From NCBI GenBank assembly GCA_963810905.1, contig CAWEPG010000006.1, positions 406,824-470,823 on the forward strand: DNA of 64,000 nt, given 5' to 3'. Positions 33,056-44,300 of the stretch are shown piece after piece. The translations under genes were made by a program, and so were the position numbers. Each line of letters opens with the position of its first letter. Position 1 is the first letter of the stretch. The notes below the pieces were generated by a model. It searched no databases, was not told where the DNA came from, and saw nothing but the letters and a program-made list of their open reading frames with translations. This DNA comes from an uncultured Acidimicrobiia bacterium (GTDB taxonomy: Bacteria; Acidobacteriota; Terriglobia; Versatilivoradales; Versatilivoraceae).

Positions 33056-33832
33056 CTACAATCGTATTGGGCCACAGCTGCTGACTCCGCCATCAATTGC
33101 GAGGCATTGGCCAGTGACAAACGAAGACTCGTCGCTTGCAAAGTAGACTGCGCCGTAAGCGATATCCTTGGGCTGGCCAAGGCGCCCGTTGGGCTGCATT
33201 TTCTCCCAGGCTTGCCGAAGTTTCTTAGGGTCAGGGGCACGTTCCAGCACTTTCACATTCATGGGAGTTTCAATGGTGCCGGGTGCGATGCAATTCACGC
33301 GGATTCCACGGCAAGCGTATTCCGACGCCATTTGACGGGTCAGGCTAATGATGGCGCCTTTGCTGGCAGCATAATGGGGATACCCCGGAAATCCAAGCAA
33401 GGCTTGAACAGATGAGACGTGAATAATCGATCCGCGTTTCTGATCCAACATGCCGGGCAAAACGAACTTTGAGGTTAGATACATGCTGGTCAGGTTTACC
33501 CGAAGGATTCTGTCCCACTCGGCTAGCTCGAGTTTGTCGACCGGGCACTCAGCAGCGATTCCAACGACATTTACCAGGACATCGATCCTGCCGAATTTTT
33601 CGAGACCTGCCTGAACACAAGTCCGCACGGATTCTTCCGAGCCGACGTCACCGGCAAGGAACTGGCAGCTTCCTCCTCTTGACACAATTCCTTCCGCTAC
33701 CTGGTTGCCGAGTTTTTCATCGATATCGATTCCAATGACGGCAGCCCCTTCTTGTGCAAATAATTCCGCGATACCCTGACCAATCCCCATGGCCATACCC
33801 GTCACCAATGCCACACGATTTTTCAAACGCAT
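33056..33832 (-). CDS. SDR-family oxidoreductase (short-chain dehydrogenase)
   Basis: The glycine-rich motif TGMAMGIGQG and the catalytic YHYAASK are present, along with an NVVG segment. It lies between two GH38 genes on the same strand. Confidence 0.8.
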   Translation of the reverse strand: MRLKNRVALVTGMAMGIGQGIAELFAQEGAAVIGIDIDEKLGNQVAEGIVSRGGSCQFLAGDVGSEESVRTCVQAGLEKFGRIDVLVNVVGIAAECPVDKLELAEWDRILRVNLTSMYLTSKFVLPGMLDQKRGSIIHVSSVQALLGFPGYPHYAASKGAIISLTRQMASEYACRGIRVNCIAPGTIETPMNVKVLERAPDPKKLRQAWEKMQPNGRLGQPKDIAYGAVYFASDESSFVTGQCLAIDGGVSSCGPIRL

Positions 33833-33920
33833 AGGATGTTTTCCTCTGCGGCTTTATAAATGCCGCAGACTCGAAAAGAGAGTCTGTAATAGAATGGCTC
33901 CGATCGGCATTCGACCAGCG

Positions 33921-36763
33921 CTATACGGCAATCTTCAGCGTGACAATTTCCCAAGGCTTGACTTCTAATTCAATGGTCCCATCAGTTAATACCGGCAGCT
34001 TTTCTTCATCGTCTTCGATCAAGCTTGCCCGCCAAGCCTGCTGAATAGGTTGACGGAGTTTGATCCGCGAACGAACGCCTTGGCCTTCTGCTTCGTAAAA
34101 GCGCAGTACAATACGTTTATCATCTTCAGCTTTTTTCATAGCCGTCAAAATCAAATTCTCCGGCTCCAGTTTCAAGAATTCCTGACTCGCCGGGAGAGAA
34201 GAACTTTTCGGTGTTTCTCCAGGCGAGGCCACAAAGGCGACTAAAGGGTAATTGAAAGCAGTGGCGTCACGATGACGGGACCGCCAGTTCCCTTGATGAG
34301 TGAACAGTGCCATTCGATAGCGGTGGCTTCCTTCCTGGGTAAACCAGTAATCTGGATTCCAGGCAAGGCTCTTACGGGTTGATAGGAGGACGTGTTGGAG
34401 TAAAGGGTAAGAGACGGGGTTCGTCGTCTCGTCCTTGAACAGGTGCACCATGCTGTCTGAGGCGGCCATGACACCGAATCCCTGATACTGCGAAGACGAA
34501 GCATCGATCCAATTAATCGCTTCGCGAAAACGCAAGGGGTGCAAGGCTCCATACAACTGCGGCATGAATATTGTCGGGTACGAGTCTGGAGGCAACAATG
34601 AGAAGTCCAACTCGTCCTTCCCCATTTCCACTGTCCCGAATGGCACCTCATAAGACAAGCGCGCTTCCTCTATGTTGATGGGGAATGCGACACGTAATTC
34701 TCTATCCTTTTGTCCATTCCAATTGGCGACCTCGATTTCGATTTCCACTCGGTCAAGCCCATGGTAGAGAGTGAAGTGCTGTCGGAGCGCAAAGTGCTTG
34801 AACTGGGAGGTGCAAACCGCAGTCGTTCGTACAGGTCCCCGGAACGGACCCTCGATAGAAAAGGGGTGATTGGCCGTCCTGTCAAAATCATCCATGGTCA
34901 CATTTTCCGGGTCTTCCCAGGCCTGGCCGGGAGCCGTGAACTGCAAAATTTCTCCCCCGAAGAATTTTTCAGTTCGCAACACCTCCCGACGGAGCCGTTT
35001 ATCGAAAATAGATTTTAGCCCTCCATCACCCATCTGAATTATCGAATAATCATTTTCGATAATGCCATTGGACAGCCTGACAGGGGGTGGAGCAGGATCA
35101 GCGGGCTCGAGGTAATAAGTGCGATAGCCGACAGATGGCACGTTCTCTGCCAGGAAAAGAACTTCTACGGTGCGTCCCCCTTTTGTGTCAGAGATCTTTT
35201 GCAGGGGGACAGGTTTCCCTGTGTCGTCACGAAGAGCCACAGAATCCCAACCGGCCGGCAAATCAATTGCACACCTCACCGCATCGCTACGCTTCCACGA
35301 GACGGGATTCATCACGACCAAAGGCAACTGTTTGCCTGCTCCCTTTGGAACCGCTGAGGCTAGCTGCCTGCCGACCCCATCTAAAAGCTGATCTGCCAGC
35401 TTTTTGGACTTTTCGTAGGAAGCTACGTAAGCCGCGTCTGTGGCGATTCCCCTGTTTCCTCCCCAACCATGATCGGGCCAACAGTTTGCTTGCCATGCGT
35501 CGGCAAGGGTCTTTTCAGGGTATGAGTTCCAGTCTCCGAGTCCCGCCAGAATCCGCTCTGCTGATAATAGACGATTGTGGGCCACCCGCCCTGCCAACAG
35601 ACCTTCTCGGTTGGAAGGTTCGTCATAGTAAGCCCAGCTGAACGGCCAATCACCACTAAGCGTCTCAACGTTTAATGGATTAGCAGATAGTTTGTCGAGA
35701 AATCCCTCGGGCTCAATGAACGTCAGTTGTGCCGGGTGAATCTGCCTTTCGTTCTGTCCAGCAAAGTGCCGATTCCAACTTTCTGCGAAACGCTCCATGG
35801 CTTGGTTTTGCTCTTTGACGTATGGGATCAAGCCAGGTTGAGGCGGAAGATAATCGCTGGCATAGTCGTAGCAAATCAGAGGAGGAAGTTTGTGAGACGC
35901 ATAGTAATTTTCACGGGCGGCCGCATAGCTCAACCATCCGTGATTGGTCTTGAAGTCCAGTAGTCGCCAATGGTCAATGTAATGATAGGCATATGTCAGG
36001 ATTTCGGATCCGTCTGGAGACCTCCACCGATAATAGCCATAAGGCATGCGACCCTGGACAATGTATTTGATTCCGGCTTTACGCAGAATCTGGGGCATCT
36101 GGAGTGTCATCGATGGTGGATCAGTTTTCACGTACCAATGGCTATCCACTCCAAATGTTTTCTTCAACCAGCGTTTCCCCAGGTAAAATTGTCGTACGAG
36201 TTTCTCCGGTCCCACATGAACTTCCTGCACCTGAACATAACTGGCTCCCCAGGTGAAACGCCCCTCTTTGATGTACTCCGCTAATTCATTGCGCTTCTCT
36301 GGATGCCGATCAAGGAATTCCTTCAAATAAGCGGTACATTCCATTGAGTAACGGAATTCCGGGTTTTCTTTCAGCAACTGCATGGCGGGGAGGATCAGGA
36401 CCTCGGATCGATAGTCCGCTGTCTTCTCTTGGGTGTCCAGCCATCCCAAGTCATTGTGGTTGCTGCAATGATAACCAAAGACGCCGCCGTTAAAATATGA
36501 ACGATAGGCTGAGACGCGCAGACTTTGCCCCAACTTGAGACCAGTGGCCAGGCTTGTCACTTTGAATTCCCATGTGCTGTCTTCAAAGGGAGCCGGAATC
36601 CACAGATCCTGGCTGTAAGCCGACTGGGATGGAATAGTCTGCAGGCTGAGAGTGGCCAGAGGAGTCTCGCCTTGCAGGATTTGAATCTTTCCATCAGCAA
36701 TCTGTTCTCCTGGGTTGACAAAAAGAAGCGTGGCTGCCTGTAGTACTTTACCCTGTTCGAGCA
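33921..36763 (-). CDS. GH38 alpha-mannosidase (third copy), with no signal peptide if it starts at the ATG at 36763
   Basis: The GH38 catalytic pattern (YHCSNHNDLGWLDT..) is present and the gene is collinear with the other copies. The ORF extends upstream into the preceding ORF's region, so it may be fused to that ORF through a frameshift. Confidence 0.7.
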
Positions 36764-37404
36764 TCGTAATTTGGATAGACGGTAATCTCGAAAAAGGGGC
36801 TATGAGGTTCAGAAAAGACTTTAACCTTTCCCAGTCCCACACCATTCGTCCCAGGCTCAGGCCAGACTTCTTTAACGGCGATCCGGACTGATTCCGTGAG
36901 CTCCTGCTTCGGCAGGCGTACGATTTGATAAAAGCCTGTCTGACGTAATTCCGCAGTTTGAACGTCACCCCCCGAGAGGGTACTGGTGATCTTCCGCGGT
37001 GCACCGGGCGTGTCCCGCCGGGCATAGATCACAAGGTAGGGATCCTGTCCCTCAAGATTGTAGGGATGAGCTCTACCGACCAGCCACAATTCCTGGACCA
37101 GCTTCGGCTTAGGAAAACGAATCTCCACCCAGGCCCCAGCTGTTTCGCTGTCTGTCGCCCAACCTCTATGAAGATCTTCGATGATGACGTTCCCAGGCTC
37201 ATATCCCCATGGGGGGTCGATGATAAAGGACGATGCTTTTACTACCGCCTTCTGATCAACACTCGCCCAGTTAGGATTCTTCATTGCCGTTTCAGGGATT
37301 GCGGCGAGCAATCGCTCACCCGATTCCCACGGGAAGATTCGGCTACCCGCACCGAAGCCAAAGGCAATCAGGCTTCCGTCTCGGATGAATTTCCGTCTGT
37401 CCAT
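36748..37404 (-). CDS. TAT-signal protein with an F5/8-type-C (discoidin)-like carbohydrate-binding domain, either a separate gene or the frameshifted N-terminus of the downstream GH38
   Basis: A twin-arginine signal (MDRRKFIRDGSLIAFGFGAG) is followed by a galactose-binding-like pattern. It ends 14 nt inside the GH38 ORF. Confidence 0.45.
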   Translation of the reverse strand: MDRRKFIRDGSLIAFGFGAGSRIFPWESGERLLAAIPETAMKNPNWASVDQKAVVKASSFIIDPPWGYEPGNVIIEDLHRGWATDSETAGAWVEIRFPKPKLVQELWLVGRAHPYNLEGQDPYLVIYARRDTPGAPRKITSTLSGGDVQTAELRQTGFYQIVRLPKQELTESVRIAVKEVWPEPGTNGVGLGKVKVFSEPHSPFFEITVYPNYDARTG

Positions 37405-37410
37405 GTTGTC

Positions 37411-38439
37411 TCATACCCCTTGCTGCAGGCGGGCCATTCCAAAACTAATCAACCCGACCATGGCAATCAAGAGGACCACGCCCAATGCCATGATGCGAAG
37501 CGGCCCTCTGCGCCAGTCTCCGAAAGCGACATCCCACAGACTCGATGCAATCGTAATGGCTGCCATCAGAATTGGCCAACCAGCTACCGTACCAAATTCT
37601 CCAAGGAACGAGAGAGAAGATCCGTAGATGGCATAAGAAAAGATCCATAAGGCGCCCATGAGGGCTCCCAACGCGAAGTACTTTTTACTTTCCTCGATCC
37701 CAAACAAACCGGCCGTTCTGTTTTTCCGAATGCGGTAGACACAGTATGCGATATTCGAGAGGAAACCTCCCGTAAAGAGGATGGCAAGCAGCGCATTGGT
37801 GGAGGCAGCCGGAGAAGTGCCGTGGTTTACCGCAGCCGAATTGATTTCATGGCCAAAGGCAATCCCCAGGTTAAGACAAGGGGCCAGAATGGCAGAGCTA
37901 AATGTTACGGCTAAACCGCGCCAGAAATTGGCAGGATTTCCATCAGAGGTTGTGGCATTGCCAGAGTTCTCTTTAGTTTTGGCTCGAAGACTCCCCGCCC
38001 AGGAACAAAGAACAACTCCCATCACTACCCCGAAAACACCAACAGAAACCAAGAGACCTCCCGAAGTAAAGATGCTTTGTCTGTGAAGCACAAAGAGAGG
38101 AACCAGACTTCCGATGGCAGATGACAGTCCGTTGACGACGGCGAAAGTCAATGACATGCCAACGAGCTCAACACTTAGTCCAAAAAGGAACCCGGCAATT
38201 CCCCAAAGAAATCCCCAAGTTCCTGTCAGACAAAGGGCTTTAATTCCAGCTTCACCATACACTGTGCCCAGGCCAGAAACAGTGGAAAAGGCTAGAGCCC
38301 ACGGGACGATCAACAGAGCCACGACAGACCACACGGTCCAAATGTTTTCCCACGCCCAGCGCTGCATATAGCGCATGGGTACGGCAAAACTGGCGCCCAT
38401 GATTCCAGCTATAAGGATTAGCGTGATTCCAAAAGTCAT
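37411..38439 (-). CDS. rhaT: L-rhamnose-proton symporter (RhaT family, DMT superfamily)
   Basis: The protein is 342 aa with about 10 TM segments. The N-terminus (FAVPMRYMQRWAWENIWTVWSVVALLIVPWA) matches the E. coli RhaT pattern (FYAPFKKVKKWSWETMWSV). It stops 6 nt before the next gene. Confidence 0.7.
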   Translation of the reverse strand: MTFGITLILIAGIMGASFAVPMRYMQRWAWENIWTVWSVVALLIVPWALAFSTVSGLGTVYGEAGIKALCLTGTWGFLWGIAGFLFGLSVELVGMSLTFAVVNGLSSAIGSLVPLFVLHRQSIFTSGGLLVSVGVFGVVMGVVLCSWAGSLRAKTKENSGNATTSDGNPANFWRGLAVTFSSAILAPCLNLGIAFGHEINSAAVNHGTSPAASTNALLAILFTGGFLSNIAYCVYRIRKNRTAGLFGIEESKKYFALGALMGALWIFSYAIYGSSLSFLGEFGTVAGWPILMAAITIASSLWDVAFGDWRRGPLRIMALGVVLLIAMVGLISFGMARLQQGV

Positions 38440-38678
38440 AGTTTCGTGCCTTTTTTGTTTGCCTCTCCTGGCAATGGGGGGAATCCAGGGGGGCGACTAA
38501 GTTCCTTCGGAGGGAGCCGGTCAGAAATGGTCAGGTGGCTCAATTTAAACTCCCGTGGAGTCTTCTTGACGGTCTATGCCTCCTAACCACCGTAGGAATG
38601 TATTATTTGCTGGTCCCTCTACAAGGCCCAGAAGGAAAAGGGTTGGCTGTCCCTCATCAGGGATTCAAGGAAAAGTAC

Positions 38679-39557
38679 TCAAGCCCGGTGATGCCAAAGT
38701 GGCTGCCCTTTTATCTTGAGATCAAGCACAGAAATATGGTTTCGACCCAGGTTGGACAAAAACAGCTGATCGAAGTGTGGACCTCCGAAGGCACAATTGG
38801 TCGGTTGGCATAACAACAAGTTTTCTAAGTCCCGGCACACCAGGCTGACACGGCGATCCGGTGTGACTCGGTAAATGCAATTGGTCGCGTAGGTAGTGAC
38901 GTACAGATCTCCATGAGCGTCAAAGGCCAGCCCGTCAGGACCGCGTTCCATCCCCTCGACAAAAATCTCTGGCTGGCCGGCACTGCCGTCGGACCTGATC
39001 TCGATACGAAGGACTCGATTCAAATTGCTCTCGACGACATAGAGATAATGTTCCCGCGCATCAAGTGCCAGGCCATTGGTAAAATGAAATGGCCCGGGCG
39101 AGAAAAGGGAGGCCTTGCCGTTTGAGGCTATTCGATAAACGACGCCTGTCCCCTGTTTCCATTCTCCTGAATCGCTGACGTACAGATTTCCTGACGAATC
39201 GAAGACGCTGAAGTTAGGACAGGTAAATGGGCGTCTTTCAAGGGAATCGGCATAAACCTTTACTTTCCCCTTTTGGGTTACTTTCAGAACAGCGCGCCTT
39301 TTCAAATCGCAGATATAAATATTCTCGTCTGGATCCAAGGTGATCCCCAGACAAAAGCCTCCCGTGTTTGCAATGGTTTGGACCTTCTTCCCGTTATCGG
39401 AGATGCGATACACTTCGCCCGCTTCTCCTCCTGCATAGAGCGTTCCATCACGTCCCACGGCCAGCCCCTCAGGGTGGTTCAGTTCTGTCACGAAATTTCG
39501 GACCTGATCGACAGGATAAAGCATAGGCTCTCTCCTCTGGACTTCAGGAATTGCCAT
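38679..39557 (-). CDS. SMP-30/gluconolactonase/LRE-family beta-propeller protein (candidate sugar lactonase)
   Basis: Repeated propeller-blade motifs are present (PEGLAVGRDGTLY.., NGLALDAREHYLYV.., PDGLAFDAHGDLYV). It follows rhaT on the same strand. Confidence 0.7.
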   Translation of the reverse strand: MAIPEVQRREPMLYPVDQVRNFVTELNHPEGLAVGRDGTLYAGGEAGEVYRISDNGKKVQTIANTGGFCLGITLDPDENIYICDLKRRAVLKVTQKGKVKVYADSLERRPFTCPNFSVFDSSGNLYVSDSGEWKQGTGVVYRIASNGKASLFSPGPFHFTNGLALDAREHYLYVVESNLNRVLRIEIRSDGSAGQPEIFVEGMERGPDGLAFDAHGDLYVTTYATNCIYRVTPDRRVSLVCRDLENLLLCQPTNCAFGGPHFDQLFLSNLGRNHISVLDLKIKGQPLWHHRA

Positions 39558-39669
39558 CCTCGTGATCGAATTCTCCTGCCTATTCTGCTTTGAATGTATT
39601 ATTGCTGGCTAGAAACTGTCAATCAATCATACAAAAGAAATAGACCGATTGTTCGTTCACCGATTAAAT

Positions 39670-40000
39670 TGCGCTTCTCGTCGAAGGTCGGAGATCTAAA
39701 GTCGAAGGTCAAACGTCCGGAGTCTAAAGTCGAAGGTCTAAAGTCCAAGAAACAATATTGGAGTCCCCTCTTGCATTACCTGGCGATTAGGGTTTGGTCA
39801 TCGACGGGCCTGCAGATCTCTGTCGGATTGCTGTTCGACAGTTCACAATGGCATGGCGGCTAACCAACGCACTTAATCTTCTTTGTTTTCCTAATTCCGC
39901 CCATAGTCTATTTGACCTTCGAGCTTTGACCTTGGACCCTTGACCATGGACCTTCGACTTTAGACTCCGGACGTTTGACCTTCGACTTTGGACTCTATGC
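39670..40000. repeat. composite inverted repeat: two arms of about 60-80 bp built from tandem GTCGAAGGTC / GACCTTCGAC units, flanking a 200 bp core
   Basis: The arm at 39697-39736 (aaagtcgaaggtcaaacgtccggagtctaaagtcgaaggtc) is the exact reverse complement of 39947-39986. Each arm also contains internal direct repeats. Confidence 0.55.
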
Positions 40001-41101
40001 CTACTGCGGATAATAGTCTTGAATGTTATGAGTGGTCAGGACAGCATGATTTGTGTAAGAGGTCAAAGGGGCATCTTCGCCGGCGAGAACTTTGAGGGCA
40101 AGAGTGATGATTCTATCTCCATAACTCTCGGGAAAATAAGCGACCGATGCCCGGAACGATCCGCCGCGTGAGATGATGTTGCGGGCATCCCGGGCTGCGC
40201 CTGTCCCCACAATCGCTGTGGTCTCACTCAAGCCAAGCTTTTCCACGGCTTTCGAAGCGCCAATGGCTAGGAAGTCGGAGAGTGCCGCGATCAAGATCCG
40301 CTTCGGTTGACCACTGGATCGTTTGAGGAAGGAGTTGGTTTCGCGGTAGCCGTCCTGAGACGTGAACCCAGGCGGGGCTTCGACGAGACTATTAGGACGG
40401 AGAGTTTTAAGTCCTTTACTCAGGGTGTCCCTTATCCCTCTTTTCCGTAATTCTTGCGTGGATCCGCGTCCCTTAGCGGCCAATATCAGGACTTTGTCAG
40501 CCCTGCCCTTCCACTGCTTTCTTGCGAAGTCACACAAGAAATTGGCGGCCAATTGACCTGCCAAATAATTGTTCCCTCCAAAGTAGTAAGCTCCGGGGTG
40601 TGCAAAATTGAGAGCGATCAGCGGGACTTTAGCTTCGTGACACTTGGATGAAATCAAATGAGCGACCACTTCGTCTCGCTGGTAAATAATCATGAGTTGG
40701 ACTTTTTCCTGAAGCAGCATGTCCACGTTTGCAAGAGCCTTCTGGGGGTTTAATTCATTATCCTTCATGATCAAGTCAATTCCAGCATTTCGGGCAGCGA
40801 CCACCATGCTCCGCGAGATCGTATCTGAAAACATCACACTATTGTCGAGCGCCGCGTAACCGATCCGGTAGCGTGTCCGCATCGGTGTTCGCGTATACTT
40901 CTTCCGACCCGGACGCCGGGCGACATAGCCACGCTTTTCCAGGGTATACAGCAACCTGAAAGCAGAACTGTAAGGAATCCCGGCCCGACGCGCGACTTCA
41001 CTGGCAGTTAGTTCTTCTTCGTAGCTGTCAAAGCTCTCCAATACTTCGAGCACTTTTGCGGCGGCTTCCACAAAGTATCGGGTATCTGTCCCCTCGCGCA
41101 A
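40001..41101 (-). CDS. sugar-binding transcriptional regulator (winged-helix IclR-like HTH fused to a periplasmic-binding-protein-like domain)
   Basis: The N-terminal HTH (LTASEVARRAGIPYSSAFRLLYTLEKRGYV) is followed by a Peripla_BP_1-like sugar-binding core. It is transcribed divergently from the fourth GH38 gene. Confidence 0.6.
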   Translation of the reverse strand: MREGTDTRYFVEAAAKVLEVLESFDSYEEELTASEVARRAGIPYSSAFRLLYTLEKRGYVARRPGRKKYTRTPMRTRYRIGYAALDNSVMFSDTISRSMVVAARNAGIDLIMKDNELNPQKALANVDMLLQEKVQLMIIYQRDEVVAHLISSKCHEAKVPLIALNFAHPGAYYFGGNNYLAGQLAANFLCDFARKQWKGRADKVLILAAKGRGSTQELRKRGIRDTLSKGLKTLRPNSLVEAPPGFTSQDGYRETNSFLKRSSGQPKRILIAALSDFLAIGASKAVEKLGLSETTAIVGTGAARDARNIISRGGSFRASVAYFPESYGDRIITLALKVLAGEDAPLTSYTNHAVLTTHNIQDYYPQ

Positions 41102-41318
41102 GCTGACTTCCTTCCTGGCTTTTCAGCCCCGTGAATTAAAACCATTTTGTCGGGGAAATCGGACGACGGACTAAGAAATACATCCTAGCAGGTAATGGGT
41201 GCAATTCGAAGAGCGATTAAACAACTAAAATTGCTCGCCATATAGCTTGACTTTCGACCGGGAAAAATGAAGCTTGGTCAATGGGGAGATCTTTATAGGA
41301 ATTAGGAGGCGATCGATG

Positions 41319-44300
41319 CAACGTTCTTCATTCTTCATGGCTGTCACTCTGCTATTCTCCCTTCTCCTTTCTGGAAATGTTCTCGCGTCCCAAAGCATTC
41401 TTTGGGAAATCGGGAAATTCGATCAGTCCTCGGGCGAATTTAATGATCAGATCGATCTCTCCAGCCCGAAACGTCAACCCTGTTTTTACTATCGGTCAAA
41501 GCGTCGCCATGCAGGATTGGCCATACCGACAGCCTGGCTCTCAAAACAAAGCTTCTGGAGGGCGGCCCCATCCTCTTACCATCCTGTTTCACCTTTCCCA
41601 GAAACCCCAAGGAGTCTGTCGCTTGACCATTTCTGCGTTGCTTTACAACAATCGGGTGCCGCAATTGCATGTCGAGATCAATGGCCAGTCTGGCGTTTAT
41701 TATTTTAATCGAAAATTGAGCAACTATCCTGGTGATGGTTGGGCTTTCTCTCCCATCTATGCTAGTGATCTGCTGGAAATCGATCTTCCCTCCAAAGCTC
41801 TGCGTGCTGGGGAGAATAAGCTAGTGTTGACGGCCCTGGACGACCCTGCAGACGGGGATGGCGAATCGTTCCTGACTTACGACGCCCTTCGTCTCAGCGA
41901 AGAACCAATGCCAGCGGGAGGTCCGTCACCCTCTGTGTCCGTAGAGCCGACTGTACTTTATACGGGTAAAGATCCTCTTCGTGAGCAGACGCACGTCACG
42001 GTGAATCTTCCCGGCAAGATTCGGACGGGCAACCTTAGTTTTCACCGTGGGAAGGCAACAATTTGAAGCCCGACTGTCAACCGAGCAGGACTTTGGACAG
42101 CAGCGGTTTGACTTTGGCGTTCTCGAATTCCCGTCGGCTACTCCGGCCCTGGTTACGCTACGAATCGACGGAAAGATCCAGAAGTTTCCAATCATTCTAG
42201 AGCCCAAGCGCAAATGGACTATCTTTGTGACCCCGCACCAACACTTGGACATCGGGTACACCGATTATCAATCCAAGGTAGCTGAGGTACAAAATCGAGG
42301 TGTCGATAAATTACTGGATCAGATCAGTCACTATCCCAGAGATGCGCTTTAGTTTGGATGGCTCTTGGATTGTTCAACAGTACCTGGCCACACGAAACGA
42401 GGCTGCGAAGAAAAATCTACTGGCGCTCGTAAGGGAAGGGAAAATTGCTGTTCCCGCAATGGCGGCGAGTTTACTCACGGGGTACGCTTCATTAGAAGTG
42501 TTGATCCGGTCTGCTTCTTATGCCTACTCCTTGCATCAGGAGTATGGTCTGCCTTTTGAGTACACTACAATTACCGATATCCCAAGTTACTCCTGGTCTT
42601 ATGCGTCAGTCCTGAATGCCTTGGGCCTGAAGTACTTTGTCGCCGCGAGCAACAATGATCGTGGGCCCATCTTACTGTATGGACGCTGGAATGAAAAATC
42701 TCCCTACTGGTGGCAAGGACCGGACGGCAACAAGATCTTGATGTCATATAGTCGTCAGTATGCACATCTTTGGTTTATTTGCGGGCTTCCCCCCCAGATT
42801 GCTGCCGCGCGCCAGTCCCTCCCGACATTCTTGCAGACTTTCCAATCCCCCGGATACAAGCTGGATGCCGTTCTCATGTACGGCGCCCAAGCTGAAAATA
42901 CGGATCTGGTTGCAGGCACTCCTGAATTTGTCGCGCAGTGGAATCTGCAATATGCCTATCCAAAGCTGGTTCTTTCCACATTTCCAGATTACATGCGTTA
43001 TGTCGAAAAGAACTTTGGGTCTACCCTTGAAACGGTTGCCGGTGATGGCGGGCCATACTGGGAAGACGGAATGGGCACGGATGCCTGGTATGGAGCCATT
43101 GACAGGTCAAACCAGCAGCGGGCAGCTTCAGCAGAAAAACTTTCTACCCTGGCAACCTTTGTCCACCAGAATTTGGCGGCGCCTGTGGGGAAAATCCGGC
43201 GGATGTGGTCCGACCTGGTTCTCTTTTCAGAGCATACCTGGACATCCTGGGGGGCTTACACTCGACCGGAGCACGAACAAAGTGTACGTCAGCTCGTCAC
43301 CAAAGACCATCTGGCGCTGGATGGTAGAGAAATGGTGAATGGAATTCTCGATCAATCGTTCAGTCAACTGGCCTATCAGATCCGGATGCCTGCGCCTGCC
43401 GTAGTTGTCTTCAATCCGTTGAACTGGCCGCGAAGTGAATTGGTCGAGGGTGACCTTGATAACGGGATGGTGCTGAAGGAGTACCCAAGCCTGTCTGTGG
43501 TCCCCTTCGAGATTCTCCGCCAAGAGAAAGAGTACTCCCATATCCGCTTTTTGGCACAGGCTGTTCCGTCGCTTGGCTATAAATGCTATGCGGTGTCCAA
43601 AGCAGAAGGGAGCGCAGAGGAGAAAGCAGCTGAATCCCAGCCCGTCTCGGCCGATCGAGCTGAAAATTCTTTTTATCGAATTGAAGTTGATTCTTCCTCG
43701 GGGGCGGTTCGAAGCCTGTTCGACAAACAACTGAACCGCGAGCTGGTTGATTCAGCCAGCCCATACCGTCTGAATCAATACCTCTATGTCTCGGGTGGGG
43801 ATGAAACAGTCGACTCAGATTGTCTATCTGCGCAAGAGTCTCCCATTAGCCAAACTTATAGTGAACGCCTCCTCAGGAACCGGCAAATCGGGGCTGTTGC
43901 GTAAGACACCGTTTGGGCAGACACTGTCGCTGGAAAGTAAGGGAGCTGGGGCATCCATTGAGACAGAGATCATTCTCTTCGATAACGAGAAGAAAGTTGA
44001 ATTCATCAATCGGCTTCACAAAGAGCCTGCTCGCAGCAAAGAAGGGGTTTACTTTGCCTTTCCTTTTGCCGTCGACCGCCCGGCTTTCAATTTCGAAATC
44101 CAAAATGGGTGGGTGGATCCGGCTCATAACATGCTCAAAGGCGCCTGTCTCGAGTGGTTCACCGTGCAACATTGGGTGAGAGTTATCAATCCGGAGTTGG
44201 CCATCGGGTTGGTTCCGGTGGACGCGCCGTTGGTCACGCTCGGTGACATCAACCGTGGAACCTGGCCCGAGACATTTGCACCCAAGAGCTCCACGGTTTT

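Noticed and set aside
39594-39863. An 89-aa ORF between the two GTCGAAGGTC repeat arms
   Set aside because: It starts inside the tandem repeat, and its translation (KSKVKRPESKVEGLKSK) is driven by the repeat. It has no RBS, so it is probably non-coding.
39670-40000. Possible CRISPR array, because of the short repeated units
   Set aside because: The units are degenerate and contiguous with no unique spacers, and the two blocks are inverted relative to each other. This is not CRISPR architecture.
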